A stretch of 64,000 nt of DNA, taken from Camelus dromedarius (taxonomy: Eukaryota). This document shows positions 13,051-27,010 of the stretch, piece after piece. Below the pieces are notes generated by a model. The model made no database searches. It saw only the letters and a list, made by a program, of their open reading frames with translations, and had not been told where the DNA came from. Where the stretch lies: the NCBI RefSeq assembly GCF_036321535.1, contig NC_087446.1:59272001-59336000 (forward strand), read 5' to 3'. The translations under genes were made by a program, and so were the position numbers. Position 1 is the stretch's first letter. Each line of letters starts with the position of its first letter.

Positions 13051-13989
13051 CGGAAACCCCCACCTACAGAAGGTATGACCTTTCCTTCCCGGAAACAATC
13101 CCTCTGATGCTTCCGGGATTTCACCACCTCACTTCCTCTCTTCTTTCATCGCTGATGGGTCCTCTCCACACCTGCCCCTAAGTGTAGCCCACCCGCAGGG
13201 TTTCCTCTCCTGCCAGCTTCTCCGCATCCCACTCCTGAGTCCTCTCATGCCCCTTCGCCTCCCATGTACCCCCGATGCTGCCCAAGTACGTCCGCCCAAA
13301 CCAGCCTCTCTCCCCTACCTTGGGCCCTGCGGCCACCTGCCTCTGGTCATCTCAGTGTGCCCCCTTCTCTGCAGTGTTGAGGGGCGTCTAGGGAGGCGGT
13401 GGCAGGTTCAGCCTTCTTACTCTCCTCAGATTTTGTCATCCCTCTTCCCTCCGCGTCCCTAAACCTAACTGATTTCCCAAGCCTCGGGCTTGGCACGTAG
13501 GGTCATGGCTGCCTGGGTCTCTGTCGGGCCAGGTAACCACAAACTTTGCCTCTCAGTGTTTTGAAAGGCTCTGTTGAGAGAAACAGTGCAGAGGGAGGAT
13601 TTCCAGTCCTCACATCCCTCTGGAAATTCCCAAGTCTGTTCCTGGGTGCAGGCTGACCCCGACATGTGGGCCTGCCCAAATGGTCTTCTGCACTGCTTTC
13701 TGATGCTGCGAGCTTGGACAGGGTCCCAGGAGACAGCTCTGGGAAACGTGCTGCTGTATTTACTGCAGGGACCCTCTTTCCTAAGTACCTCAGAGGACTT
13801 CTCTCTGATGTGCACTTTAGGGAGAGGCCTGGGGTGGAGCGGGAGGGGAGAGGAGGGACTTTATTTCTGGACCCTGAGGTGAGTAGACCAATTGTGATGG
13901 TTTAATTGCTGCCTGTCAGGAAGTATTTGTGACTGCTTTCCGGACAGTTAAGCGCCTTACAGCACATGTTTTTGGTATTAACTTAATTC

Positions 13990-14115
13990 TGTGCTTCCTC
14001 TGATCTTCCCTCGTTTTATTTTCCACATTATTTATTTTTTGATTTGTATCTTGTACATACTCCTGTAATCTCCATTTAAGTCCTCTCTGGAACAAGGTAA
14101 AGTCTGAATAAATAA
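13990..14115 (+). mobile_element. Possible L4/RTE-X 3' end
   Basis: tgtaatctccatttaagtcctctctggaacaaggtaaagtctgaataaataa. Confidence 0.35.
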
Positions 14116-17100
14116 GGTTTCCTGCAAATTTAAAAAGTGTCTGAAACTAGAGGAATTATCTTAAACCAAGTGGTACCCTTTTCCTGTGTTCTCAATTTTA
14201 TGGTGCCACCAAGCAGCCCGTTTCTTAAACTAGAAGCCGCTCTTTCTCTTTTTCCTTCTCTCCACCCTCGGCTGCTACCAGTTCTTGTCAGTAGCCAGCA
14301 GCTTCTTTGGTAGACTCTGGACAGGAGGCTCCTTACAGAGATTGTGCCTCCCCGATGCCCAGTGAGTCAGCAGACCACGAAGACGCCAGTGGGCATGCCA
14401 GTTCCCTGCTGAAAGCCCGCCAGTAATTTCTCATCTTCGGAATCAAGTCCAGATTTGTTGGGCTTTTGTCAGCCTCTCTGCACCTTCCCCCCCATCACTT
14501 CTTAGCCTCGCACCCCAAGCCCTGGCAGTACCAGAGCACACACTCACCTCCCTGAACTGAACCATCCTCTGCCCCATCTTTACAGCTGCTGAGCGGCTCC
14601 CTGGGATGTCTTGTGGAAGATTCAGCCTGGCATCCTGTCTTCCTTGAGGTCTTCCCTGTGTCCCCTGTGCCTTCCCAGCAGAGACCTGTCCTTGGCACCC
14701 TTCTGTGTGCCGCGTCCCCAGGGTCCCTGTGCTGATGCTTCTTTCCTTTTCAGCCTGCAGCATCATTGCACGTCTCTCCCTCTTCCCTAAAAGGCCAGAG
14801 CTCACTTGTGGCAGGAATCAGATCTCATCTTTGTACCCTCCAAGGTCTGCCAGGAGCAGCCTCAACTCTGCTTAGGCTCTTGAAAAAATGGCTTATAACT
14901 AGTTTTGTTATTTGAAAAGACTGTGGCAATGCTGATAACATCGTGGGCTTTATCATAGTCTTTAAAGGGGCCTAGCAAGTCGGTGCACTTAGTCTGGAGG
15001 TGACATGCCATTGTGGGGACCTGCAACATGAAGGAGACGGCCAATTAGGGGCAGCAGCCCCGGTCCCAGGCACATGGAACCGCCTGATGACTGTGGCCTC
15101 CCCACACTGTCCCCAGTTCCCGGTCCAGTCTGACCCAGTCCTGTGCTTCTCACTCCGGATGACACTGGAGATAACATCCCTTCTGTTTGCTCCATTGCCC
15201 CACCTTCAGGCAGGACCAGCCCTTCCCTTACTGAAGCTTCAGCGACAGACTCCTGTTTCCCTCAGGAAGCTCCTGTACCGTCCACCCTCCACACACAAGT
15301 GCCACCTTTGTAAAAGATAAACTCTCTGCTCTTAAGTCCTTCGGAGCTTGCTGATCTCCATTGGACTCCTTCAACGGCCCGCCGGGTCCTCCAATGGTCC
15401 AGGCCCACCTCTCCAGCCCCCCAAACCCCTCTGGCCTTCTTCACCGAGCTTTCTCCAGTCCCCACACATGCTAGGCGTCCCCGCCGGTCTCTGCACATGC
15501 ACTTGCTTCTGCCCACACTGCTCACCGCCAGCCCCCGGCTTTGCACGTGGTTCCTCCTGCCAGTCCTTCAGGCTTTGTTGTCCCCTCCCAGCCCCCCTGT
15601 CTGAGGCCCCCACCTTCCTTCAAAGATCACTGCTCCTCCCAGGGCCGTGAGGGCCGTGCAGCCATGACTGTTCTCTTGGGCCCCCTGCCAGATCCCTGGG
15701 TCCGGCACAGGGTAGGCACTCGGGGAATATTTGCCCAAAGACAGATAGCAAGGGAGAGGAAGGAAGGTCCTGGAAGCTCCAGTTTGATCAGCCGAAGTGT
15801 GGTGTTACCGGGGCTCCCATGACACTCAAGATCACGTAGGTTTGATCTTGGCCAATTTTTAACAGTTGAAAGTGTCCAGCTTCTTTGGAGGCCGAGCCGT
15901 GCATATGCACAGAACATTGGTGTTCAGTGGAGCTCTGGCCTGATGGTTCAGACGGATTGGCTTCAGATCGGGAGTCTGGCTCTGTCTGGCATTGGCAGCC
16001 ACGATCTCTTCTCACGAATTCAGGGCATACCTACATTTCCAGTGCACGTTCCACCCCCCCCCCCCCCCCCGGTAATGTAGGACACAAGCCGGGGGACTTG
16101 GCTGTCCCCAGACTGCACCTCCCTGCACGCTGGCTCCAGAGTGAGCCATCTCTCCCGGCGCACACTCTCTCCTTCTGGGTCACTCCCATTTGTTCTCATT
16201 TCACTATTTTTGTCCCTGGTAATTGTCTGGAGGGGAATTCACCAGAGTTCGACATTTTTTTGTACAACTGGATTTTTCAGAGGAGCGAAGTAAAGAGGTG
16301 GTCGCCACTGCCATGGAGCGAGAAACCCAGTGCAGGTGAAAAAGGTGGCAGCTGCTTTAAGGCAGGGATCTGGGACAGGGAGGATCCCTCAGCCTTGTTA
16401 GGGGGCAGCAGAAGGCACCAGCAGGGTCCCTCAATGTTCCATAACCACCAGGAGTTTAGGGGGGAAGTAACGGTTCTCCACGGGCAGGCAGGAGGACGCA
16501 CAGCAGGTTGAAGGAAGAACCTGCTGTGAACGTTGAGACCTGGGTTTCTGTTGGGGCAGACCACTCGCCTCCCTAGATCTTGGGTTCTTCATCCCTAGAA
16601 TGAAATGACTGAACTGATAGGATCTCTAAACTCAAACAATTTCTGTGAAGAAGCGTCGTGTGTTGCCTCTCCGCACTGTGCCCCTCTGATAAGTGTTGAA
16701 TGATCTGCGGTAAGTTTTGGAGTCACGTGAGTGATGTCAGCTCCTTGTGTGTGACAAGTGTTCTCTCTGGCTGCCCCTGAGTGAGGAGGTTCGGAAGAAC
16801 TGAGCTGGGGGCTGGGAGCGGTGGTTGTAGTTCATCTGCTTTGTCACGTCGTGAACACTTAGACTTGCAGCCGAAAGGTGATATTCTGCACGAGACGCAG
16901 GTGACTGAAGTCAGGTCCCTCTTGGGAGCATTTACGCTGGCTTCAGTGCTCAGCCCTTGGCTCAAGCCCACACGTGTACTCCCATAGCACACCACGCACG
17001 AAAACATAGTTTTTTTGGTCTAGCAGAGTCAGACTGGCTTGTGGTTGGAACATCACCTTCCACCCAAGACTCAGTGCTTATCCCTCACAACTACTCTAGG

Positions 17101-19269
17101 TCATTTGGCCATTTTACCACCTATTATAGGAAAAGTCGGGTTTCTTTTAAGTCATCCTGGGGCATGGCCTCTCCACCACAACTTTTCATGGAGAAGCAAA
17201 TCCACTTAGCTTCCAGGTAGTTCCTGACTGTGTGAAAATTCTCTTGGGTCTAATGCCCCCTTTTTCCCTCCACAGTTTAAAGGTATAAATAAAACGTAGC
17301 CAGCGTGAGGAGAGAGATAAGTTTGAAGCTTTGGCAAAGCTTAGGTCCCACTGCTGAGGCGGAACAGACACTGATTCTGTCAAGAAGCTGGGTTTTGGGG
17401 GTTAACTGTCCCAATAAATTCTCCCATGTTCGTTCTCCGAGGATCATGCATTATAGATCATCTTTAAATTCTTTAGACCTCAAAAACTGGCAAGAACAAT
17501 TTTAACTACAAGTAAACAAATAGGCCGTATAAATACAGAAACCCCTCCCCACACAGGGACCTCCCTTTGGTGAGAACGCTGTAGGCTCTGATGAATCACG
17601 CTCAGAGAGTTTTCATCTGTGAGGTTTATGTGAACTCTGACGCCAGTAGACCTCAAGGCAAAAATAGATGCCCTTCAAAGACTTTGTAGCTTCCAAGAAT
17701 TATTCATGTGGAAACCAAATGAAGATGTTGTTGCTGGTGAGATGGAGAGAGATCTCACAGCGACCACGAACACTGCTGAGCAATCCCAGCCAAACACAAG
17801 AACGTGTGAACTTTTTCATCTGTGATTGATGGGATGCGGTTGTGACTAGGATGCTTTACTTGAGGATTCTGGGGCAGTTCTAAGCACTTAGCTTCAAGCA
17901 CTACAGTTTCGCCTTTTGAACAGCAAACTCATGTTTCAAATTGCAACAAACGTCTCTATTAATCTTCTCTCTCTAATTGCTTCTGAACCTCACTCCTAAA
18001 TTGCGCCAGGCTGAGGCTGGAAAGGTTTGCATGTGGAAAGCCTCCATCTGCCTTTCCCCTCAGAGGGGGTGGTTGTGAATCAGACCAGGCCAATGGGAGC
18101 AGGACAATTGTGCTCCAAGAGCCTCTTGTGCTGCGCAGTGTGTGACTTGCGGACTGATGCTAAACATTCGAGATGTAAAATTGAATAGGTCCATGGAAAC
18201 TGGGATTTGATGGCTTGTTTGTCCTGAGTGTTTTGTGGAGTGACGTTACCGTCAGAAGTGCCTCTCCATCAGCGTTATTTGTTACAAGAACAGCTTACAA
18301 CTTGAACCTTGCCCCTAGAAGAACGCTGAGGAAGAGTGAGTCTATAGTGACATCTTTCTGCTGGATTACTAGGCTGTTTTTCTTCCTGTGAATTTACCTC
18401 TTCATTAATTTGTTTTCTTCATTCCTGTGAGATATAGAAAGGTGAACTGGTTTATTTTTAGTTTATATTTTGAGGAAGAAGTTAAGCTGTAAGTAATGAG
18501 TTTATCTAGAGCGTAAGATTTTTTACAATTCACCTGAAGATTTTAATTTTTCCAGCACATTAGCCCATAGTATGAATACTTCCCATCCGTTGTGGGGTGG
18601 AAGATGGGAATGGCGCCCCTGGACTTTCATGGAAGCTAAGTTTCTACTTTTGACATGACGGGTCCTGGCAGAAACCGGAAGTGGTTTATCTGTTGAAAAT
18701 CATGCTTCTAAAGTTGTTGGTGATGTTCTTTTTCTGTCCTGTGAGTACTGTCTGCACTCAGATAATTCAGATTCATAACCGGACCTCAGCAGAGTGGGAG
18801 GGAGAGTGGGGATAACAGGCCGTGCGGCCAAGGCCCCTCACGCAGGCAGCCGGAATGACTCAGTGGCCAAAATGCTTGAAGAACCAGACCGTGCCCATTG
18901 CTCCCTTGGGCCACAGGTCTGTCTTCTGGGCCTTGCCTGTGGGATTGCTTTTTCTGGTCACTCACCCTCCCCCATATCTCATCTTTCAACTGGGCCAGTG
19001 ATGGCATTGTGAACTCTGGAAGAAGGAGGTTTTTCTTCTTTGAGTTCTTGGAGATACTCTGGGTGAATCTTGACTGACATTCCAGCCACCTCTTAAGCCA
19101 TCCCAGCTTAACTGGGTCCAGCTGGTTCGTGGTGAGAAATCCTGGTTTCTGTCTCCCTTGTGTAGCAGTGGTTCCTGGCAGGGATGGTTCCCTAGGTCTC
19201 TAGCCTTTTACTTACACTGCCCCTATCCTTCGTTGTCAACCAAAAGATTGTCAGAGATTCTGCTGGTTT

Positions 19270-20306
19270 ATGACAGAGGCTTGATCTCCAGAATATATAA
19301 GCAGCTCATACAACTTAATAAGAAAAAAAAACAAACAATCTAATCCAAAAATGGGCAGAAGACCTAAACAAGCAGTTCTCCAAGGAAGAAATACAAATGA
19401 TCATTAGGCACACGAAAAAATGCTCAATATCACTAATTATCAGAGAAATGCAAACCAAAACTACAATGAGGTATCACCTCATACCAGCCAGAATGGCCAT
19501 CATNNNNNNNNNNNNNNNNNNNNNNNNNNNNNNNNNNNNNNNNNNNNNNNNNNNNNNNNNNNNNNNNNNNNNNNNNNNNNNNNNNNNNNNNNNNNNNNNN
19601 NNNNNNNNNNNNNNNNNNNNNNNNNNNNNNNNNNNNNNNNNNNNNNNNNNNNNNNNNNNNNNNNNNNNNNNNNNNNNNNCAGAAGGAACCCTACTTCTAA
19701 ANNNNNNNNNNNNNNNNNNNNNNNNNNNNNNNNNNNNNNNNNNNNNNNNNNNNNNNNNNNNNNNNNNNNNNNNNNNNNNNNNNNNNNNNNNNNNNNNNNN
19801 NNNNNNNNNNNNNNNNNNNNNNNNNNNNNNNNNNNNNNNNNNNNNNNNNNNNNNNNNNNNNNNNNNNNNNNNNNNNNNNNNNNNNNNNCATTCTAAGTGA
19901 AGTAAGCCAGAAAGAGAAAGAAAAATACCATATGAGATCGCTCAAATGCAGAATCTAAAAAAAAAAAAATGAACATAAATACAAAACAGACTCGTAGACA
20001 TAGAATACAAACTTGTGGTTGCCGGTGAGAAGGGGCGTGGGAAGGGAAAGACTGGGAGTTCGAAATTTGTAGACACTGACAGGCATATGTAGAATAGATA
20101 AACAAGATTATACGGTATAGCACAGGGAGATATATACAAGATCCTGTGGTAGCTCACAGCGGAAAAGAATGCGACAATAAATATAGGTATGTTCATGTAT
20201 AACTGAAAAATTGTGCTCTGCTCTGGAAATTGACACAACATTGTAAACTGACTATAACTCAGTAAAAAAAAGAAAAAAAAAAAGAATTTGGGGACCAGAA
20301 GAAAAA
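19270..20306 (+). mobile_element. 5'-truncated young LINE-1 (ORF2 C-terminal end, 3' UTR, polyA)
   Basis: ORF2-end peptide ([27 protein letters not shown]), 3' UTR and A-tail from 20264. TSD AGATTCTGCTGGTTT (19255-19269) / AGATTCTGTTGGTTT (20307-20321). Two internal N masks. Confidence 0.9.
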
Positions 20307-23300
20307 AGATTCTGTTGGTTTCTAAAGTCCCAAAAGGTACTCTGCCTCTGGCATTTCTTTTACATGGACAGAAAAAAAGATGAGGGGGAGGGACTAGAAA
20401 AGGATGTGCTGTCCTCTCTTGGCAGACCCAGGCAGACCACCAGGGACCACTGCTTTTCTTCACTAGCTTTCAGGAGCCTTTACTTTAATGACCTACTCTA
20501 GAATCTTCTTCGAGATTGATATCAGGTCCTCCTCCTTAGTTTACAGACTCCACTGTCTCCTTTGTTGGAAAGTGGACCTGGTTTGCTGGTCTGTGATCGC
20601 TGGGTGCGTCTCTCCTTCACCGCCATCCTCCCGACCCCGGACAGAGCTGGGGCAGCCTCATCTTCCAAGACCCTCTGGGCCCCAAGATGTCCTTTGTTGA
20701 AGGTGGAAGACTCGATTCCATTTATCACAGCACAGTTCCCTTCTGTAATATTTTCATCTGTCTTGGGCCTTAGATTATTGTTTTTTAAAATTCGTGGTTA
20801 TTTTCTCCTTCTTCCCACATGACAAGTAAAATGGAAATAAAATAGCACTTCTCCTTCTTCGTCATCAGTTTTACACCTTTGGTCTCCAGCAGCCAGTTAG
20901 TCTCTTCCTCAATCACCTCAATTTTTCAAATCTAACTATCAAAGGTCGTTTCTGCTGTCTTCACCATGTTCCGTAAACATAAACCTATTCTGGGCTCTAA
21001 GGATGTGAACACTTTTGATTGGGGGGTGTTTCTGTCCATCCTTGGCCAACTTCCTATCAGAAGTCATGTCATCTTAAATTAACCCCATATTGATTAATTT
21101 AAAAGTGGGAAAAATAAAAGGTCCAAAATACATTTCTTCACTCGTACATGTCAGAAAGATTCCTGGGCTTGAAATAAGACCTCCCAGATAAGCCGTTGAG
21201 GAGCAATGACATTCTGCAGAGATGAATTAAAACAGCTCGATTTCTGGAAGGTGCTGGGGGGAAGTTAGAGGCTGTAGAGCCGAGACCTGAAAACTCTAAT
21301 TCAACAAGTCCTCTTTTGGACGCTGCCGGCCAGTCCCCAAAAGCTGAACAGGGAAAGACTCAGACAGAGGAGAAGGCAGAGGAACAAATTTTATAAGTAA
21401 TACATTTTGACCTTAAATTACAGTGCAGCCCCTGCATGTGCCAGGCTGGAACATGCTGGGGTCTTCTTTTGTTTAAGCTGAAATCAGGACCAGAACAGTC
21501 TGTTTGCCTCTTTCCCCCAATCCTGGTGGTGAGGGAATGTCATTCCAGAGAAGCTGCAAATATAAAAATAGAATGTGAACCAGAACAAGAAAGCCCTCAA
21601 GCTCCCAGTCAGAACTAGTTGAAGTCAGGGTAGCAGGAGCACACCTTGAGCTCTGCATACCTGGCGAACTATGTAAGAGATGAGCTAGAATGGAGAAGAC
21701 CTAGGGGTGGGGAGATAGCTTAGTTTTCCTCCAGGCACCCCTGCCCCGGTCTGAGCCCCCTTTACCTCTGAAGCTTTGTGAATGAAGTGCCTCTCAAAAA
21801 AGAAAGTGGAATCAGAGAGGGAGGAGTGGTGGGGGGCCTTTTCCTAAGACAGAGAAGCCCTGATTTTTCACCTGACAAGGTTCTTGGGGGTAGAGGGTGG
21901 GGCTCTCAAGAGTGAAGCCCGCTGTGTTCCTAGGCCAAAGGTCAGCCAAGTGCATCCAGCCCTGAACTTGACCTACTCTTGGTAGAAAAGTGAAGATACG
22001 TTAAGAGATGTTCTTCCCTTCATGAGATTTGGGGATTATTGCAGTTATCTGGTCTTGGAGAACAACAACACATTTTAGTATATTAAAGGCTCAGGAAAGT
22101 CCTGGGACAAAGGAAAGTGTTTCCCAAATTTTTCTGAGCATGAATTTTTTGGGGGGATTTCCTACTATCACTCAGAAGAGTCTTCCAGGGAAAACACTGT
22201 AGAGGCCAACTTCATTGATTTATTCTGTGAAGAGGGTTGAATAGGTGAATGAGGGAATGGACCCATTTTCTATATTCCCACTTAATACTTATCCCCACAT
22301 TTTCTACATACATTCCCTGGAATATTTGCTTCAATCCCATGCTTTTAACGACCATATAAATGTAACTGTTCCCAGCTCTGTTTTTCTAGCACTGATCTCA
22401 TTCCTGAGCATCGTACCCGTATTACTCACGAGCCCTGCTCCCTGGGCGTCAGGCACATGCCCCAATCAAAATGCAGCGTCATCGCCACCAGACGGGCTTC
22501 TCTGCCCAGGTCTCCGTCTGTTAATGGCATCACCACCCTCCATTGTGCAACCTGGGAATTTCAGCAGATTCCCAGACCTTTTCATCTCCTTTACTTGGGA
22601 GAATGTATTTTAAAGTTCTATACATTTGATAAGTACACATATAATTTACAAGGTGTAACGTATTATACCACTGAGACTTCCCTGTTTCCACAGACATAGT
22701 CCAGAATCTCACTTTTCTTTTGGACAATTGCAATAGCCTTGGGTAAATTATGGGCTCAGCGGAATTTTTTCAGGGAAAGGGGATTTTGCATGGGAACATT
22801 TTTTTATATCTGCTTGTCAAAATACAATCTTAAATTACAGATATACTTGGAAAAATCTGCAGGAAATTATGGCACTAATATTAATGAACAGTGTGGGGTT
22901 TTAAAGCTAGCAATCTCTCCACTACTGCCCTGTCAGTCTCTCTTCTTTTTTGCTGAGTTCTGGGGGTATCTGAACACGTGACTGGAAATGACAATGGGAA
23001 GTCAGCGTGCCATTTTATCATTAACGCTTAAGTGAGGTCACTAGGTACAACTGGTTTTTTCCTTCATACAGTTCCTTAGGGTCCCGATTGTGGACAGCTG
23101 TTGTACAAAGCAACCAAAGTTCCAGGTAGTGACTGTTCTAGTTGGACTTGTGGATATGTACCTTTCCTGTGATGATTCAAGCAGCTGTATTAATTAGCCA
23201 TGCTTAAAGTCCTTTTACACATAAACTCACGTAATCTGAAGAAAGAGGTATTGTCCCTTTTTCAGACAGGAGAATTTGAGTGTCAGAGTGGCTAGCTGAT

Positions 23301-23989
23301 TTTCCTAGCATAGCTAGTTCATAGTTTGAGCTAGACCTTGAACTCTGAGCCCTGATCACTTTCCACCACACCTCACCTGGCTCCCCAAACCCACCTGATG
23401 GTGGATGAGAGATGGGCTTCCCAAGCCTTTGCTGTGTGAGGAACTGACACGGGGTAACCAGCAGCAGGTGGAGCCAGGAGGCCCTACAGGTGAGGCATCC
23501 AACCTGTTATCTAACCGTGGGCTGCAGGTAAGCCACCTGCCCTGCCGGATGAAGTCGGGTAGCTTATTTTGAGCAGGGTCATGTGGCCCTGAGGATGCTC
23601 TGTGTATTTCCACAGTGTAGGTTATAAGACTTTCTAAGCATGTTATACAGTATTCAGTCTAGAGTTAATTGTTTATGGATCAGGCTTTGCCCTCACACCA
23701 CAGATGTAGATCCTGATTTATAACATCATAAGGAAACAACAATAAAGGGTGCCTCAAGATTCTTGCCGGGAGAATATATAGACAAAGCTCCCTTATGTCT
23801 TTTTGAATTCCAGGGACAGAGACCCATGGGCTTCGATCAGTGTATATTGGGAAGATCAGGAAATTCTTTTCTTGTTTCCAATCATAGAATCTTACTGATT
23901 TGATTTAAATAGGATTTCCTCTTGTTTGTTTTCTTCTGAGCATGAAGAACTGGTCACCCTCCATTCCTTCAATAAAACTATTTCAAATT

Positions 23990-24260
23990 GCGGGAAGGAG
24001 AGTGTGATCAAATCACTCCTCATTTTTTCCTTCCAGCTAAAATACCACAATTGCTTTAACCTCCTTCAAAGCGTCTGTTTTCCACCCCTTGCATTGTTTT
24101 TCTTTCTTTTCTTGGAGGTACGTTCAGTTGCTCCGTTGCATTGCCCTTTTAAAATAGAGAGACTGGAACTGGACACAACTCTAAAGAGGGTGTGACTAAT
24201 GCAGAGCATTAGTAAAGAGATTGCTCCCTAAGCTCTGCATGTCCTACCTGCCTTGGCACA
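23990..24260 (-). mobile_element. CR1/L3 LINE fragment
   Basis: cccttttaaaatagagagactggaactggacacaactctaaagagggtgtgactaatgcagagca resembles antisense CR1. Confidence 0.5.
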
Positions 24261-24710
24261 TAAACAGTGAGCTATTGTAGTCATCAGTTATTTAAAAAAA
24301 AAGAGGGGGGGTGGAGAAGAGATCCACCCTGCTCCAAAATTGACTATAGTAGAGAAAAAAATACATGCCTTTGGTGGCCTCATCCAGTCTGGCTACTTGT
24401 TAGAGAGAGAAACATGTGCTCGCCTTGGGGCTTGAGTAGTGTTTGTATACATTTGTGCTGGAGGACCGTGCAGTGGTGTGGGTTATAAGTACTGATCCTG
24501 CACTTGAGAAGAACAGAATATATACCCCCTGACCCAGATGGAAAAGGAACCACTAAGTGTTCAATAGGTGCATTGAGATCAAAGCATACAAGGAAAACTT
24601 GGCCAGCCAAGTGCTTTTAAAACTGTGCAACATAAGCAACCACAGTGGGATTTTCAGAAATAAATTTAGTTGAAACTCTGCAGTCTTTCAAGAGAAAGTT
24701 TTAAAACCCA

Positions 24711-25380
24711 ACAACTGGGAATGCAAAACGGTGCTGCCACCACTTTAGAAAACCGATTGGCAATTCCTCAAAATGTTAAACCTAAGAGTTACCAGGTGGA
24801 ACCAGCAATTCCACACCTAGGTATATAGCCAAGAGAGTTGAAAACATATTCACAAGACACTTGTACATGAATGTTCATAATGGCATTATTCACGATAGCC
24901 AAAAGAGCGGAAACAACCCAAATGTGCAACAAATAACGAATGGATAAACAAAATGTGGGGTATCCTTACAGTGAGATACTCACTCAGTCGTAAAAAGGAG
25001 CGAAGCACTGATGCATGCTGTAACATGATAAACCTTGAAAATATTATTTTAAGTGAAAGAAACCAGGCACCAAAGGCCATATATTATATGATCTCATTTA
25101 TAGGCAAATCCATAGAGACAGAAAATAGATTGGTGGTTGCCAGGGGTTAGTGGGGAGAATGAGTGTTAGGGGAAGGGAGAGTGACTGTTATTGGGCAAGN
25201 NNNNNNNNNNNNNNNNNNNNNNNNNNNNNNNNNNNNNNNNNNNNNNNNNNNNNNNNNNNNNNNNNNNNNNNNNNNNNNNNNNNNNNNNNNNNNNNNNNNN
25301 NNNNNNNNNNNNNNNNNNNNNNNNNNNNNNNNNNNNNNNNNNNNNNNNNNNNNNNNNNNNNNNNNNNNNNNNNNTATAGA
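24711..25380 (+). mobile_element. Old LINE-1 3' end (L1MB-like)
   Basis: ttggcaattcctcaaaatgttaaac...cagcaattccacacctaggtatata...aaacaacccaaatgt...gaatggataaacaaaatgtgg...gacagaaaatagattggtggttgccaggg. 3' part masked (25200-25374). Confidence 0.85.
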
Positions 25381-26599
25381 TGGACCCCTTGTCATGTTTT
25401 AAGAAATAATAAGCACCTCAAAAAGTTCTTTCATGACTATAAGGCTTTTTACCTGGTGCAGGAAATATCGTGCTGGTGCATTTGGTTTCATGATCGTAGA
25501 GCAAGATCTTTGTAGAAAGTGGCTGAACTATGATATTGAGAAATTATTCTGGGTGCTATGAACACAGCCCGGGCTGGTGGTGAGGAAAATGGGAACATCT
25601 GACTCAGTTATTGCACTGCAAGTGAGCATTTATTTTTGCTGCTACTTAAAGATCTGACTTTTTTTCCTGATGATTTTTTGTGAATGTTTGCTGAGAAATT
25701 TGCATATCTGAGGTCCTATTAAATGAATCATCGTATTTGCAGACTTTTTCTCTAGTATCCATTCTGGAAATGGAATGATTAAAAACACACCCAAACTAAT
25801 TCCAGGCTCTTGGGATTATTATTTCCCTTCAGCTATTTTTTGACACCTCTAATTAGCACCGGCAGCCTGGCTGTCCTCTGACGGTGGTAACCCCCGCTTG
25901 TTCCGTCAGCTGCCCTGCTTTCTTTTCCATCGACACATTTCTAATACTTCTGAAGGAGACAGACGCTTCTGCTGCACCCGAAGAGAATTCACAAGGTCTG
26001 ATGCTTTTTGACAAAATGGGTGCCTCCTCCCGGACTTTGGAATTGATACATACTGTCAAAAAGGGTTTTCCGAATGGTTTCTCTTTGTCACCTTGTACCA
26101 GATTTTCTCCTCCATTCTGGAAATGTGCAGTTTAATGTTGCGTTTCGAATCACTTTCAGCCGAAAAAGTGTGTAATGGAATCAGGGCATCCATGAATACT
26201 CTTAACGCTGTCAGAGATGCCTTTTGTTTGCAGCTCTGCGTTCCAAGAGGACTGGTTAACAACAGTGAAATTACAGTGGGGGGCTTGCTTGATAATGGGC
26301 TCCTTGTCCTTCATGATTTCAGGGAAGCACTAAGGGTGACTTCTTCCACCCTGGCACATCTGTATTGGTTTGTATTTATTAGAATCTAAATTGTGGTGAT
26401 CACCACCTCCTGAGAAGGAAAGTAGTAGCTGCAGTGGTTTGTCCGTATTTTTCCGCTAAGGGAATATTGGGCTTATTTTCAGAATCACTTAAATTTAGAC
26501 CTGGGAGGTGCCTGAGGTGCCATGATCTGGCCCTGCCCCTGCGTTTTATAGGCGAGGACTCCAAGTCTAGAGCCAGTGAGTGGCCGAAGGTGGGGCTGG

Positions 26600-27010
26600 C
26601 GCCTGCAAATTCTGGTTCCCAAGCCCTGCCCCACCCGGCCTCGCTACCGCCGATTGTGCGCATGTGCGAGCATCTCTCCAGGGTCGTGGACCCTCTGAGC
26701 TGGGCGAGGGTCTTGGTCGGGTGGTGCTCCGTCTTTCCCATTATACTCTCCCGAGTAAACTGGCAGAATTTACAACAACCCAGAAAGGTTCCTCCTGCGC
26801 ATTTGCGCGCCACAGGCTTACACCCGATTTACTACACACGTGGCGGGGGGGGGGGGGGGCTTCCCTGCCGCGCGGCGGGCCGACCCCTGAGCTGTTAGAG
26901 ACGGAAATGCAGTTCTGTGCCAGAAGGACGCTTTCAAACACGAGCCTCGGAGCACTTTGCTTTGCTGTCAGGCGGTTCCCGCGCTGCAGGGAGAAGCAGC
27001 GCAGGTGTAT
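26600..27010. promoter_or_regulatory. CpG-rich promoter/enhancer-like intronic patch
   Basis: Dense CpG, NRF1-like tgcgcatgtgcg and tgcgcatttgcgc, E-box CACGTG (26837-26842) fused to a G-run, ETS-like gacggaaatg. Confidence 0.45.

Noticed and set aside
13785-13885. Cryptic cassette exon ending at GAG|GTGAGT (about 13880)
   Set aside because: Acceptor ambiguous and no PPM1H-like coding content; unsupported without RNA data.
15885-16511. 208-aa plus-strand ORF
   Set aside because: Non-ATG start, crosses a C homopolymer, no recognisable protein family; ORFs this long occur by chance in GC-rich introns.
19397-19900. ORFs containing X runs (also near 25150, 44073, 49934 and 50564)
   Set aside because: Artefacts of translating N; the readable parts are L1 ORF2 remnants or intron.
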